The notes under the pieces were generated by a model. That model worked only from the letters and a program-made list of their open reading frames with translations. It was not told the DNA's origin and searched no databases. Positions 1 through 8,213 of a stretch of DNA of 53,645 bases are shown piece by piece. The first letter of the stretch is position 1, and the number at the start of each line of letters is the position of its first letter. The stretch is from positions 1 to 53,645 of IMG/VR virus record IMGVR_UViG_3300048033_000859; one strand, given 5' to 3'. The DNA is from a virus (Duplodnaviria; Caudoviricetes). A program made the position numbers and the translations under genes.

Positions 1-181
1 GCTCACCACTGTCATTCTTGCAACGGAACGGGCATGATCCGTAAAGTTAAAAAGGACGGGACCCCTTGGAAAAACCTTACAACCTGCCTCAACTGCGAGG
101 ACAGAGCGGGGGTTATCTACGAAAATACAAAGACCGTCTGTGGCTTTAAGCTTGTACCGATGGGTAGGCAAAATTCATCGT
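1..181. repeat. Terminal direct repeat, copy 1 (matches 53465-53645; circular assembly overlap)
   Basis: 179/181 identical to the window end; mismatches at positions 33 and 54. Confidence 0.95.
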
Positions 182-1215
182 CAGTAAATGGGTTTAAAAC
201 TGACAAGAAAACTTTGCAGCTACTGATTAAACAGGCACAAGCAAAAGGCAAAGTTGATGCGGAGTTGTTTCTAACGAAGTTGATCCGCAAGAATGCTGTT
301 GATGTCTACCTGAATACATTTGTTAAGGGCCTCAACATATACACCAGATCAAGCGATCTAATACATCCTAACTTTAATCAGACTACAACAGCCACGGGTA
401 GGCTATCTAGTAGTGGTCCTAATTGGCAAAATATGCCCAAGGGTAATAAGTTTCCTGTTCGCCGTGCAGTTGTTTCTAGGTTTGAAGGCGGTGAAATCTG
501 GGAAGCGGATTATGCGCAATTAGAATTCACTGGGGCTGGAGAGCTATCTAGGGACCCTGTGATCATACAACAAGTTCTAGATGGGTTTGATGTTCATAGG
601 CAGACTGCATCTATTATAAACAAATGCACCCCAGAAGAAGTAACCAAAGAACAGAGGTCCCAGGCGAAGGCAACAACTTTTAGTCCCCTTTTCGGGGGCC
701 GAGGGTCATTTGAGAAGGAGCACATCAAAGAATATTATGATCAGTATTTTGTGATCTACAAACGTCTAGGTGAGTGGCACCAAGAGCTATTTACACAAGC
801 CCTTGAGGAAGGTTTTATCTCGACCCCCACGGGAAGACAGTTTGCTTTCGATGATGTCAAACGTACTGCAGGAGGGCGGGTAACCAATGCAACAAACATA
901 TGCAACTACCCCGTGCAAAGTTTCAGTACTGCAGACTGTGTGCCAAGAGCCTGTGTGAATGTTCTAAGGTTGTTTAGAGAGGCTGACCTAAAGTCAAAAC
1001 TGATCATTACTGTCCATGATAGTTTGGTGTGTGATGTTCACCCATCTGAAAAGAAACAGGTAATGCAGTTCCTGAAAGAAGGAATGCTGAGTGTTACCGA
1101 GGACTCTAAAACTTTGTGGGATTTTGAGATGAAATTGCCGCTGAAAATAGAGATTGCTACAGGCAAAAACTGGATGGAAATTAATGAAATACCCCTTGAT
1201 AGGGACCCTACTTAA
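1..1215 (+). CDS. polA: Family-A DNA polymerase, C-terminal polymerase part (continues from 52487 across the circular junction; about 730 aa in total)
   Basis: Frame is open from base 1 (AHHCHSCNGTGM...). Motifs TATGRLSS-PNWQN, motif A DYAQLE, motif B RSQAKATTF, NYPVQ, motif C VHDS. Same frame as the ORF from 52487 through the terminal overlap. Confidence 0.96.
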   Translation, partial: AHHCHSCNGTGMIRKVKKDGTPWKNLTTCLNCEDRAGVIYENTKTVCGFKLVPMGRQNSSSVNGFKTDKKTLQLLIKQAQAKGKVDAELFLTKLIRKNAVDVYLNTFVKGLNIYTRSSDLIHPNFNQTTTATGRLSSSGPNWQNMPKGNKFPVRRAVVSRFEGGEIWEADYAQLEFTGAGELSRDPVIIQQVLDGFDVHRQTASIINKCTPEEVTKEQRSQAKATTFSPLFGGRGSFEKEHIKEYYDQYFVIYKRLGEWHQELFTQALEEGFISTPTGRQFAFDDVKRTAGGRVTNATNICNYPVQSFSTADCVPRACVNVLRLFREADLKSKLIITVHDSLVCDVHPSEKKQVMQFLKEGMLSVTEDSKTLWDFEMKLPLKIEIATGKNWMEINEIPLDRDPT

Positions 1216-1224
1216 TCGTATAGT
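1196..1224 (+). promoter_or_regulatory. Sigma70-type promoter with GGGACCCT spacer motif
   Basis: TTGATA-N17-TATAGT upstream of the ORF at 1257. Confidence 0.65.
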
Positions 1225-1256
1225 AGGGGTCTAACTTAAAGAGAAGAGGTTCACAA

Positions 1257-2093
1257 ATGAATCAAGTAGCAGTAACAACAGGCTCCAGTGAAGCAGACCG
1301 ACTTTTGGCAATGGTGAATGGAACGCAATCCGCGCCCCCAGAAACAATAAAAATACCCTTTTTGGGAGTCAACTATCGTCCAGTGGACAAACTTGGGCGA
1401 GAGGTTCGGGCGGGGCGTTTCCGAATAACCGACACAGATGGCGAATATGTATATATGAAGAACCCAAAGCTTCGCATATTGGCTGAATATTTTCAGTTCC
1501 GAGCCCAAGACGAAACTGGTTCTTTACTTAACAAGACTATTCTAATGCCTACTCCTTACGATAAAAATCCACGCGATATGGCTGGCACTCTGCGTTGCGG
1601 AAGACCTGACTCTAAATCCTTAAAGCTTCTGTCAGAGGAAGATCAACAAGCTTGGCGTAAGAAATCTACCTTTACACGCATACTTCGCGGTGTTCTTTCA
1701 GGTGTTGGTGAGGATGCAAACGAAAAAAAGCGAGAGCTACAAAACTATCCTTTTCAGTTGCACTGTAAGGGCCTCAACTACATGCCCTTTGATAAACAGG
1801 TCACTAGGGGCCTACCTCCTAGTAAGAGCGTAGCCACAGTTTGGCTTGACCTATCGACGCGGCTGGATGGTGCAGTTTGGATGGTAGACTTTGCAGTTGA
1901 TCATAATACAGACGCTCCAGTAGATGAAAATATCATTGAGACCGTGAAAGTTTTTGGTCAGATGATGGAGCAAGAGAACGCTGCAATCGAACAGAGCTAC
2001 GTTAAAGCCTTTACCGAGAATAAGGGCATGGACGATGCATTGGAAGCTACTGCCGACTACATGGATGAAGACCCCTCCTTACACATCGGCTGA
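1257..2093 (+). CDS. Replication-module protein, possibly ssDNA-binding
   Basis: 278 aa, GAGG RBS, lies between polymerase and exonuclease, acidic C-terminal tail. Function inferred from position only. Confidence 0.5.
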   Translation: MNQVAVTTGSSEADRLLAMVNGTQSAPPETIKIPFLGVNYRPVDKLGREVRAGRFRITDTDGEYVYMKNPKLRILAEYFQFRAQDETGSLLNKTILMPTPYDKNPRDMAGTLRCGRPDSKSLKLLSEEDQQAWRKKSTFTRILRGVLSGVGEDANEKKRELQNYPFQLHCKGLNYMPFDKQVTRGLPPSKSVATVWLDLSTRLDGAVWMVDFAVDHNTDAPVDENIIETVKVFGQMMEQENAAIEQSYVKAFTENKGMDDALEATADYMDEDPSLHIG

Positions 2094-2158
2094 CCTTTCC
2101 TACTTCATTGGGGGGCTACGGCCCCCTCATTCTTTAACCTTCTTTTTAGGGGGACTGT

Positions 2159-3037
2159 ATGAATTTGTCTTTTATAGAAGTAGCTCTGCGCGGCGTGATG
2201 GAAAAGGTATCCAATTCCGAGCCCATCGATGTAACCAGTAAAATCAAAGAAGAATTTCTGGCAGATATGTCAGAGGCATTTGATAAACAATTCAACAGGG
2301 ACCCTAGTGATCCCTTCCGTATCCGTATGTCCAACATGGGCAAACACTCCTGCCAGCTTCAAATGAATAAAGCAGGGGCTAAGAAGATACGAAAGCCATA
2401 CAATTTCATAATGAGAATGCTCATAGGTGATGCTGTCGAGGCGTGGACCATGGTGTTCCTAAAGCTTGCCAAAGCAGACATTACAGGCGGCAAAGACATA
2501 GTCAGTCTTGATATAGCAGATACAACTATCAAGGGTGAAAGTGACGTAGACATCGAAGGTAAGGTGTTCGACATTAAATCTTCCGCTCCTTGGGCCTTCA
2601 AGAATAAATGGCAGAAGGGTTTTGATGCAGTTAAGCGCACCGATGATTTTGGATATGTCGGACAGCTTTACGGGTACTCAGAGGGCCAGAAAAAGCCTAT
2701 GGGCGGCTGGATTGTTGTAGATAAGAGTAGTGGCGAAACTGTAGTTGTCGAAGCTGACTTGTCAGATGCTGAAAAGCAAGAAATCCGTGGAAACATCGAA
2801 ACCACTATTAACAAAGTAAACTCCGACAGCGAGTTTGAGAGGTGCTTTGAGCCAGAAGATGAGTTCTTCAATCGTAAGCCTACAGGCAACAAGAGGCTAG
2901 GTATAACCTGTACCTTCTGTGATTACAGATCAACATGCTGGCCCGATGCTCAGTACAAACCTCAGACAGGCTCCCAAGCAAAAGAGCCACGGCACTTCTG
3001 GTACTCAGACTACACTCCATGGGAGCCTGTAGAATGA
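2159..3037 (+). CDS. PD-(D/E)XK Cas4-like exonuclease
   Basis: ESDVD...FDIKS nuclease motif, GQL motif, one N-terminal Cys plus C-terminal CTFCDYRSTC (Fe-S cluster pattern). Confidence 0.8.
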   Translation: MNLSFIEVALRGVMEKVSNSEPIDVTSKIKEEFLADMSEAFDKQFNRDPSDPFRIRMSNMGKHSCQLQMNKAGAKKIRKPYNFIMRMLIGDAVEAWTMVFLKLAKADITGGKDIVSLDIADTTIKGESDVDIEGKVFDIKSSAPWAFKNKWQKGFDAVKRTDDFGYVGQLYGYSEGQKKPMGGWIVVDKSSGETVVVEADLSDAEKQEIRGNIETTINKVNSDSEFERCFEPEDEFFNRKPTGNKRLGITCTFCDYRSTCWPDAQYKPQTGSQAKEPRHFWYSDYTPWEPVE

Positions 3038-3582
3038 AAGTAGTAGACAACTTCATCGGGCGTGATGCCGTAATTAATAAAATTAATAGTGCTACCGAGT
3101 GGGCCACCCTACCTCAGAATACTTCATGGTGGTCTGGTTGGTGGGGTGATCTAGGGTCTGTTGGTATAGACGATCCTTGGAAGCACTTGATCTACGAAAT
3201 ATGGAAAGATTTCCCAGAGATTGAAAAGGCCAAGGGATTTGAATATTGGGGTAACACCCTGAATGGATCAACCAATAAAGAGCTTGGAATCCACAAAGAT
3301 AAAGACGAAGCAATCTTTGAGCGCACTGGAGAAATAGTAACTCCAGACTTTGGTGCAGTCTATTATCCATCCCCCCAGACTTATGATGGTGGGTATTTGG
3401 AAATCTACAACGACGATGATTTTGAGAAGACCGAAAGGTTATCTCCCTGTCGTGACCGCCTCGTAATGTTCAACCCTCACTTTTACCATCGGGTCACCCC
3501 TGTGTACGGAGGGGTACGGCGAACCTTTGTTGTAAATTTATGGATGAACGACTTCCCAGAGGTAGCTAGCAAGAATGCGTAA
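3034..3582 (+). CDS. 2OG-Fe(II) oxygenase (prolyl-4-hydroxylase-like)
   Basis: HKD...HRVTPV...R signature and GGYL strand; start moved to the ATGA overlap at 3034. Confidence 0.8.
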   Translation: MKVVDNFIGRDAVINKINSATEWATLPQNTSWWSGWWGDLGSVGIDDPWKHLIYEIWKDFPEIEKAKGFEYWGNTLNGSTNKELGIHKDKDEAIFERTGEIVTPDFGAVYYPSPQTYDGGYLEIYNDDDFEKTERLSPCRDRLVMFNPHFYHRVTPVYGGVRRTFVVNLWMNDFPEVASKNA

Positions 3583-4048
3583 GTACGGCGCAATGCGTAA
3601 TTATCCTGCTCGACAAAGAGCAATACAGGCAGGGTATCGTAGTGGTCTGGAAGAGAGAGTTCAGGAGCAGTTGAGGCTTCTGAAGTGTGATGCGAAATTT
3701 GAGCCATTTAAAATACCATATCTGGTTCCAGCATCAAAACACACTTACCTGCCCGATTTCGTACTGCCCAACGGAATTGTAATTGAAACTAAAGGACGAT
3801 GGGATTTGGCTTCAAGAAAGAAGCATAAATTACTTAAAGAGCAGTACCCAGATTTGGAACTTCGCATGGTATTTTCCAACAGTCGGGCAAAAATTAGCAA
3901 AGGGGCTAAGAGTAGATATTCCGATATCTGTGAGCGTCTTGGCATCCCCTACGCAGACAAAGAAGTTCCCGTAAATTGGGTCAATGAACCCCCAAACAAA
4001 AAGTCTCTTAAAGCCATCAAACTTATACAAAAAGAAAAAGTGAAATGA
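3575..4048 (+). CDS. T7 endonuclease I-like Holliday junction resolvase
   Basis: GYRSGLEE, YLPDFVLPNGIVIETKG, HPD-like YPDLELRMVF motifs. Confidence 0.93.
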   Translation: MRKYGAMRNYPARQRAIQAGYRSGLEERVQEQLRLLKCDAKFEPFKIPYLVPASKHTYLPDFVLPNGIVIETKGRWDLASRKKHKLLKEQYPDLELRMVFSNSRAKISKGAKSRYSDICERLGIPYADKEVPVNWVNEPPNKKSLKAIKLIQKEKVK

Positions 4049-4335
4049 GCGAAAGAAAAGACGAGATTTTAGTGCCAGAAAATAGTATAATGGTAGGTCT
4101 AGCCCTAGTGGAAGACGATCAATTAGCTATCGTTAGGCTAGAACACCTTTCGGATAATATTACCCCAGAACAAGAGGACATTATTCAATCTGTCACTCTG
4201 GGCGTTCTATTTTTGATGCGCCACGGCTTGGGAGCATTAAAGAAGATTGGTGAGCAAGACATGGCACTCGACGCTTTACTGCGAGACTCCGATTTTGATG
4301 AAACCGTAGTCCCGTTTGATACCACTAAGCACTGA
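4045..4335 (+). CDS. Hypothetical protein
   Basis: 96 aa, coupled to the upstream gene by an ATGA overlap. Confidence 0.7.
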   Translation: MSERKDEILVPENSIMVGLALVEDDQLAIVRLEHLSDNITPEQEDIIQSVTLGVLFLMRHGLGALKKIGEQDMALDALLRDSDFDETVVPFDTTKH

Positions 4336-4345
4336 GGAATATCCC

Positions 4346-4612
4346 ATGAAAGCACATATGCCACCCTTCACAACCGTCGATGAACAACAGGACATGGTCA
4401 ACTCGCCCCCACACTACACGCAGGGCGACATTGAGTGCATCGACGCTATAAAAGAAATGCTGAATGAAGATCAGTACCGAGGTTACCTCCGAGGCACAGT
4501 AATAAAATATCTGTGGCGTCTGGACTACAAGAAAAAGCCCCGACAGGACTCCGAGAAAGCCCAATATTACCTCAACAAATTAGTAGAACAACTCCAAGAA
4601 AGTAACGAATAA
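4346..4612 (+). CDS. DUF3310 family protein
   Basis: DMVNSPPHY...IECIDAI...KYLWR...K...D..KA..YL signature; GAGG RBS before ATG 4346. Confidence 0.88.
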   Translation: MKAHMPPFTTVDEQQDMVNSPPHYTQGDIECIDAIKEMLNEDQYRGYLRGTVIKYLWRLDYKKKPRQDSEKAQYYLNKLVEQLQESNE

Positions 4613-4947
4613 TGTCTCTAGATTTTGCAGATTACCAAGCGCAAGCTTCACGAACCCAAATTTATGACGATGCAGATGTTGTCGTGTATCCCTCCATGGG
4701 CCTCTTCTCAGAGGCGGGAGAAGTAAGTGGCCTAATAAAAAAAATAATGCGGGATCAAGGGGGGCAATATTTTCTACCTGAAAACCGCGTTGAGATTGGC
4801 AAAGAGCTAGGTGATGTACTTTGGTATATCTCTGCTTTGTGTACGGACCTAAACCTTAACCTAAGTGATGTAGCAAGCGACAACCTTACTAAACTAAACA
4901 GCCGATTGGCGCGTGGAGTTCTAGGTGGTTCTGGCGACAACAGGTGA
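4612..4947 (+). CDS. mazG: MazG-like nucleotide pyrophosphohydrolase
   Basis: GL.SEAGEV...KELGDVLWY...N..KL..R..RG...GSGDNR signature. Confidence 0.92.
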   Translation: MSLDFADYQAQASRTQIYDDADVVVYPSMGLFSEAGEVSGLIKKIMRDQGGQYFLPENRVEIGKELGDVLWYISALCTDLNLNLSDVASDNLTKLNSRLARGVLGGSGDNR

Positions 4948-5114
4948 CCTCCGACAATGACAGGGTGTTCTGCAAATCAGACTGCGTGAACATGGAGTGT
5001 CGGCAATATTTCGATTCAGGGGTGGAAGTAGACTTAAAAAAGGACGGGGTGACCTTCGTCCTGCAAAACCTGTCTAAATCTTGCCCCAAATATTTAACAA
5101 AAAACGACCAATAA
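4944..5114 (+). CDS. Small Cys-rich protein (56 aa; not in ORF track)
   Basis: GTGA overlap with the mazG stop; MTSDNDRVFCKSDCVNMECRQY...SCPKY; fills the gap to the RNR gene. Confidence 0.65.
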   Translation: MTSDNDRVFCKSDCVNMECRQYFDSGVEVDLKKDGVTFVLQNLSKSCPKYLTKNDQ

Positions 5115-5133
5115 TAAGAGCAAGGATAGCAAA

Positions 5134-6879
5134 ATGAGCAAAGAAGACTACGGACCCACTCTACCTATTTCCCAAAAAATTCACTCCGACAAATACCGTG
5201 GAAAAGGTGAGTGTTTCTATGATGCAATGAGCCGTGTATCAGGCGCACTTAAAGACGATGAATATCACTACAATAACTTTAAAAACATTTTATTAGAGCA
5301 GCGTTTTCTACCTGCAGGGCGCGTTCAATCAGCCATGGGGGCTCCCCGCACCGTCACACCATACAACTGTTTCGTGAGTGACACTATCCAAGATGGCCTA
5401 GAAGAAATCATGGAGTCGGCTAAACGGGCGGCACAGACCATGAAGCTTGGTGGAGGTATCGGGTATGACTTTAGTACTCTTCGCCCCTCTGGCAGTCATA
5501 TTACATCACTAGATAGCTCTTCCAGCGGTCCCATCTCGTTTATGGGAATTTTTGATGCAACATGCAAAACAATTGCTTCGGCAGGAAACCGCAGAGGAGC
5601 CCAAATGGGCGTATTGCGCGTCGATCACCCCGATATCGAAGAGTTTGTTCGTGCAAAGACCAATAGTGACCACCTCACACAGTTTAATATCTCTGTGGGC
5701 GTTACTGATGAATTCATGGAAGCGGTAAAAGCAGATACGGACTTTGAACTGCGCTTTGAAGGAAAGGTTTATAAGGTAGTAAACGCCCGTGCGCTGTGGG
5801 ATGAAATTATGAGATGCACATGGGATTGGGCAGAGCCTGGGATTCTGTTTATTGACCGCATCAACTCAAAAAATAACCTGCATTACTGTGAAACTATCGC
5901 GGCTACAAATCCATGTGGGGAGCAGCCCTTGCCGCCTAATGGTGCATGCTTGCTAGGGTCATTTAACCTTGTGAAGTATATGGTGGAGCATGACGGTAAG
6001 TATGTGTTCAATATGAACCAACTCCGCAATGATATTCCTCATGTTGTACGGGCTATGGATAATGTGGTGGATCGTGCAACGTACCCACTCCCTGAACAAC
6101 AGGAAGAAGCGGTAAGTAAGCGCCGTATGGGCCTTGGTATCACGGGTTTGGCTAATGCCATCGAAGGATTAGGGTTTCCCTACGGAACCGATGACTTTGT
6201 GCGGGTAATGAAAGAGATCATGGGTACTATCAGGGATGGTGCCTATCGTGCATCTATAGCACTAGCGGTTGAAAAGGGTCCTTTTCCTCTATTCCAAAAA
6301 GAGTACCTTGATAGTGGTTTCGCCAAGACGCTTCCCGATGATATCCGTTCCGATATTGCAAAGTACGGAATTCGCAATAGCCATTTATTAAGTGTTGCGC
6401 CAACTGGAACTATTTCTCTTTCTGCAGACAATGTTTCCTCTGGCATTGAACCTGTATTCAGTGTAAAATATGATCGTACAATCCAAGAAATAGACGGTCC
6501 TCATGTTTACGAAGTTGTAGACTATGGATACTCAAAATTTGGAGTGGAACCAAACACTGCAGACGAACTTTCTGTATTTGATCATGTTAAAGTTCTCAAT
6601 GTAGCTTCCTACTATGTAGACTCCGCTTGCTCCAAAACATGCAATGTTGGCGACAATGTTTCGTGGGAGGATTTCAAGAAAATATACTTGGACGCTTATG
6701 AAGGCGGGGCCTCTGGGGCAACTACCTTTAGGGCGTCAGGAAAGCGTTATGGAATTTTAAACGCAACTAATACTGAAAAGGTCACTGAAGACCCTGTAGT
6801 AGAGCAAAACCAAGACTTCGTTGAGGAGGGTGGTGCATGCTATTTCGACACATCCACGGGTCTCCGTAAGTGTGAGTAG
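5134..6879 (+). CDS. nrdJ: Ribonucleotide reductase, probably class II (B12-dependent)
   Basis: NCFV, GGGIG, NPCGEQPL, APTGTIS motifs; C-terminal Cys pair; no beta-subunit gene seen in the genome. Confidence 0.88.
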   Translation: MSKEDYGPTLPISQKIHSDKYRGKGECFYDAMSRVSGALKDDEYHYNNFKNILLEQRFLPAGRVQSAMGAPRTVTPYNCFVSDTIQDGLEEIMESAKRAAQTMKLGGGIGYDFSTLRPSGSHITSLDSSSSGPISFMGIFDATCKTIASAGNRRGAQMGVLRVDHPDIEEFVRAKTNSDHLTQFNISVGVTDEFMEAVKADTDFELRFEGKVYKVVNARALWDEIMRCTWDWAEPGILFIDRINSKNNLHYCETIAATNPCGEQPLPPNGACLLGSFNLVKYMVEHDGKYVFNMNQLRNDIPHVVRAMDNVVDRATYPLPEQQEEAVSKRRMGLGITGLANAIEGLGFPYGTDDFVRVMKEIMGTIRDGAYRASIALAVEKGPFPLFQKEYLDSGFAKTLPDDIRSDIAKYGIRNSHLLSVAPTGTISLSADNVSSGIEPVFSVKYDRTIQEIDGPHVYEVVDYGYSKFGVEPNTADELSVFDHVKVLNVASYYVDSACSKTCNVGDNVSWEDFKKIYLDAYEGGASGATTFRASGKRYGILNATNTEKVTEDPVVEQNQDFVEEGGACYFDTSTGLRKCE

Positions 6880-7057
6880 CATCGTCCAAGTAGCCTCACC
6901 CTGCATAAAACAATGCAAACTAGATAGCAGCGGAATGTGTGCAGGGTGCAGTCGAACAGCCAATGAAATTCGTGAGTGGAGGACTATGTCTGCTCACGAA
7001 CAAACTACGCTTCTAAATGAGCTAAAATATAGAGCCCAGAATGAGCAAAAATGCTAG
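6872..7057 (+). CDS. DUF1289 family Cys-rich small protein
   Basis: SPCIKQC...C.GC.RT..EI..W signature; GTG start at 6872. Confidence 0.85.
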   Translation: MSSIVQVASPCIKQCKLDSSGMCAGCSRTANEIREWRTMSAHEQTTLLNELKYRAQNEQKC

Positions 7058-7766
7058 ACGATTTACCCGTAGAAAAAAACAAACTCAGGACGATCTGGGA
7101 AACAAGACTACCAGAAAGCCCCACATAGAACTAAAGGCCCTCACAGCAACTCAGTCTGTCTACATAGCGGCTCTCAATAGAGACCCCGTTATCCTAGTTA
7201 CAGGGTGCGCTGGCACAGGCAAGACCTTCATGGCGGCAACGCAAGCTGCCAAGATGTATAGTAACAGAAGTGTTACTACTATTGTTATAACAAGGCCCAA
7301 TATTGCGGCAGGGGGTAAGGGCATAGGCTTCTTTCCTGGCTCCTTAGAGCAGAAAATGAGTCCTTGGGTAGCGCCTATCGTAGACGTATTAAAGAAGCAT
7401 CTTGGCAGTGCTGCAGTCGAAATAATGATCAAGCATGGCGATCTAAAGATAGAGCCGTTTGAGACACTACGGGGCAAGTCATTTGAGAATGCATTCATTA
7501 TTCTAGATGAAGCCCAAAACTGCACCTACGAAGAGCTAAAGCTTTTCTTGACTAGGTTGGGCGAGAATACCAAAGCGGTTATTAATGGGGATGTAGCACA
7601 AACAGACTTGGCTGAGAGAAGCGGTCTCAGAAAGGTCATTGGGATAGTTAAGGACCAACTACTGCCATTCCCCGTAATAGAATTTACAGAGAGGGATATT
7701 GTCCGTAGTGATGTTTGCGCGACATGGATACGAGCCTTCTCAAAATATGAAAAGCGAAGGAAATAG
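7041..7766 (+). CDS. phoH: PhoH-like ATPase
   Basis: GCAGTGKT, ITRP, GFFPG, LRG, ILDEAQN, LTRLG, GDVAQ, DIVRS motifs. Confidence 0.95.
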   Translation: MSKNARRFTRRKKQTQDDLGNKTTRKPHIELKALTATQSVYIAALNRDPVILVTGCAGTGKTFMAATQAAKMYSNRSVTTIVITRPNIAAGGKGIGFFPGSLEQKMSPWVAPIVDVLKKHLGSAAVEIMIKHGDLKIEPFETLRGKSFENAFIILDEAQNCTYEELKLFLTRLGENTKAVINGDVAQTDLAERSGLRKVIGIVKDQLLPFPVIEFTERDIVRSDVCATWIRAFSKYEKRRK

Positions 7767-7768
7767 CT

Positions 7769-7951
7769 ATGATACCGATAGAGTGGATGTTCGCCATAAT
7801 TCTTTGGCTTCTAGGGTCTATATTCATCATACTGGTTTTTGAACCTGCAGAGGGTACTCCCCCAGCAAACCTAGTGCTCTTAGCTCTGTTTTGGCCCTTC
7901 TATACTGTCTTTATCATATTACATGAAATATTCACACCTTACCGAGATTAG
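7769..7951 (+). CDS. Small membrane protein
   Basis: 60 aa with two hydrophobic segments (LFWP motif). Confidence 0.7.
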   Translation: MIPIEWMFAIILWLLGSIFIILVFEPAEGTPPANLVLLALFWPFYTVFIILHEIFTPYRD

Positions 7952-7954
7952 GGG

Positions 7955-7984
7955 TTGACCTATAATCCCTAAGTGATCTACCAT
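7955..7984 (+). promoter_or_regulatory. Putative sigma70 promoter for sRNA candidate A
   Basis: TTGACC-N18-TACCAT, overlapping a TTAGGG...CCCTAA dyad. Confidence 0.5.
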
Positions 7985-7989
7985 TAAAG

Positions 7990-8078
7990 AGCATAGTAAG
8001 TTGCTACTCGTTGGTCTGAATGGCAACTCCTTTCGTTAGATACACAACAAGAAAGCGCCCCCTTTTGGGGGCGTTTTT
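7990..8078 (+). ncRNA. Candidate small RNA A (hairpin, anti-SD tract, terminator)
   Basis: No ORF between promoter and terminator; stem AGTTGCTA/TGGCAACT followed by CTCCTTTCG. Confidence 0.45.
8051..8078 (+). terminator. Intrinsic terminator
   Basis: GCGCCCCC-TTTT-GGGGGCGT followed by a T tract. Confidence 0.8.
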
Positions 8079-8100
8079 ACATAAAAGGCCCATAGTCTTA

Positions 8101-8129
8101 TTGACTACAGGCCCTTAAAATTATATAAT
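8101..8129 (+). promoter_or_regulatory. Near-consensus sigma70 promoter for sRNA candidate B
   Basis: TTGACT-N17-TATAAT with no downstream + strand ORF; dyad GGCC-N2-TAGTC-N5-GACTA-N2-GGCC (8087-8113) overlaps the -35 box. Confidence 0.8.
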
Positions 8130-8135
8130 TTGTGT

Positions 8136-8211
8136 AACCAGTGGAGAGTGGTATCCCCACGGGTTAGTGAAAGCGGCCCCTCTTAGAGAAATCTAAGGGG
8201 GGTTTAGCTTT
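8136..8211 (+). ncRNA. Candidate trans-acting antisense RNA B, complementary to early-gene leaders
   Basis: Contains GTGGTATCC-N5-GGTTAGTGAA (8148-8171), the reverse complement of the leader of five early mRNAs; ends in a GAAA-capped hairpin (8177-8202). Confidence 0.6.
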
Positions 8212-8213
8212 AT

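Noticed and set aside
1-181. T7-like physical direct terminal repeats
   Set aside because: The repeat lies inside the polymerase ORF, which is continuous across the junction; best explained as assembly overlap.
34-1215. Truncated or split DNA polymerase starting at ATG 34
   Set aside because: The reading frame is open from 52487 through the junction, so it is one gene.
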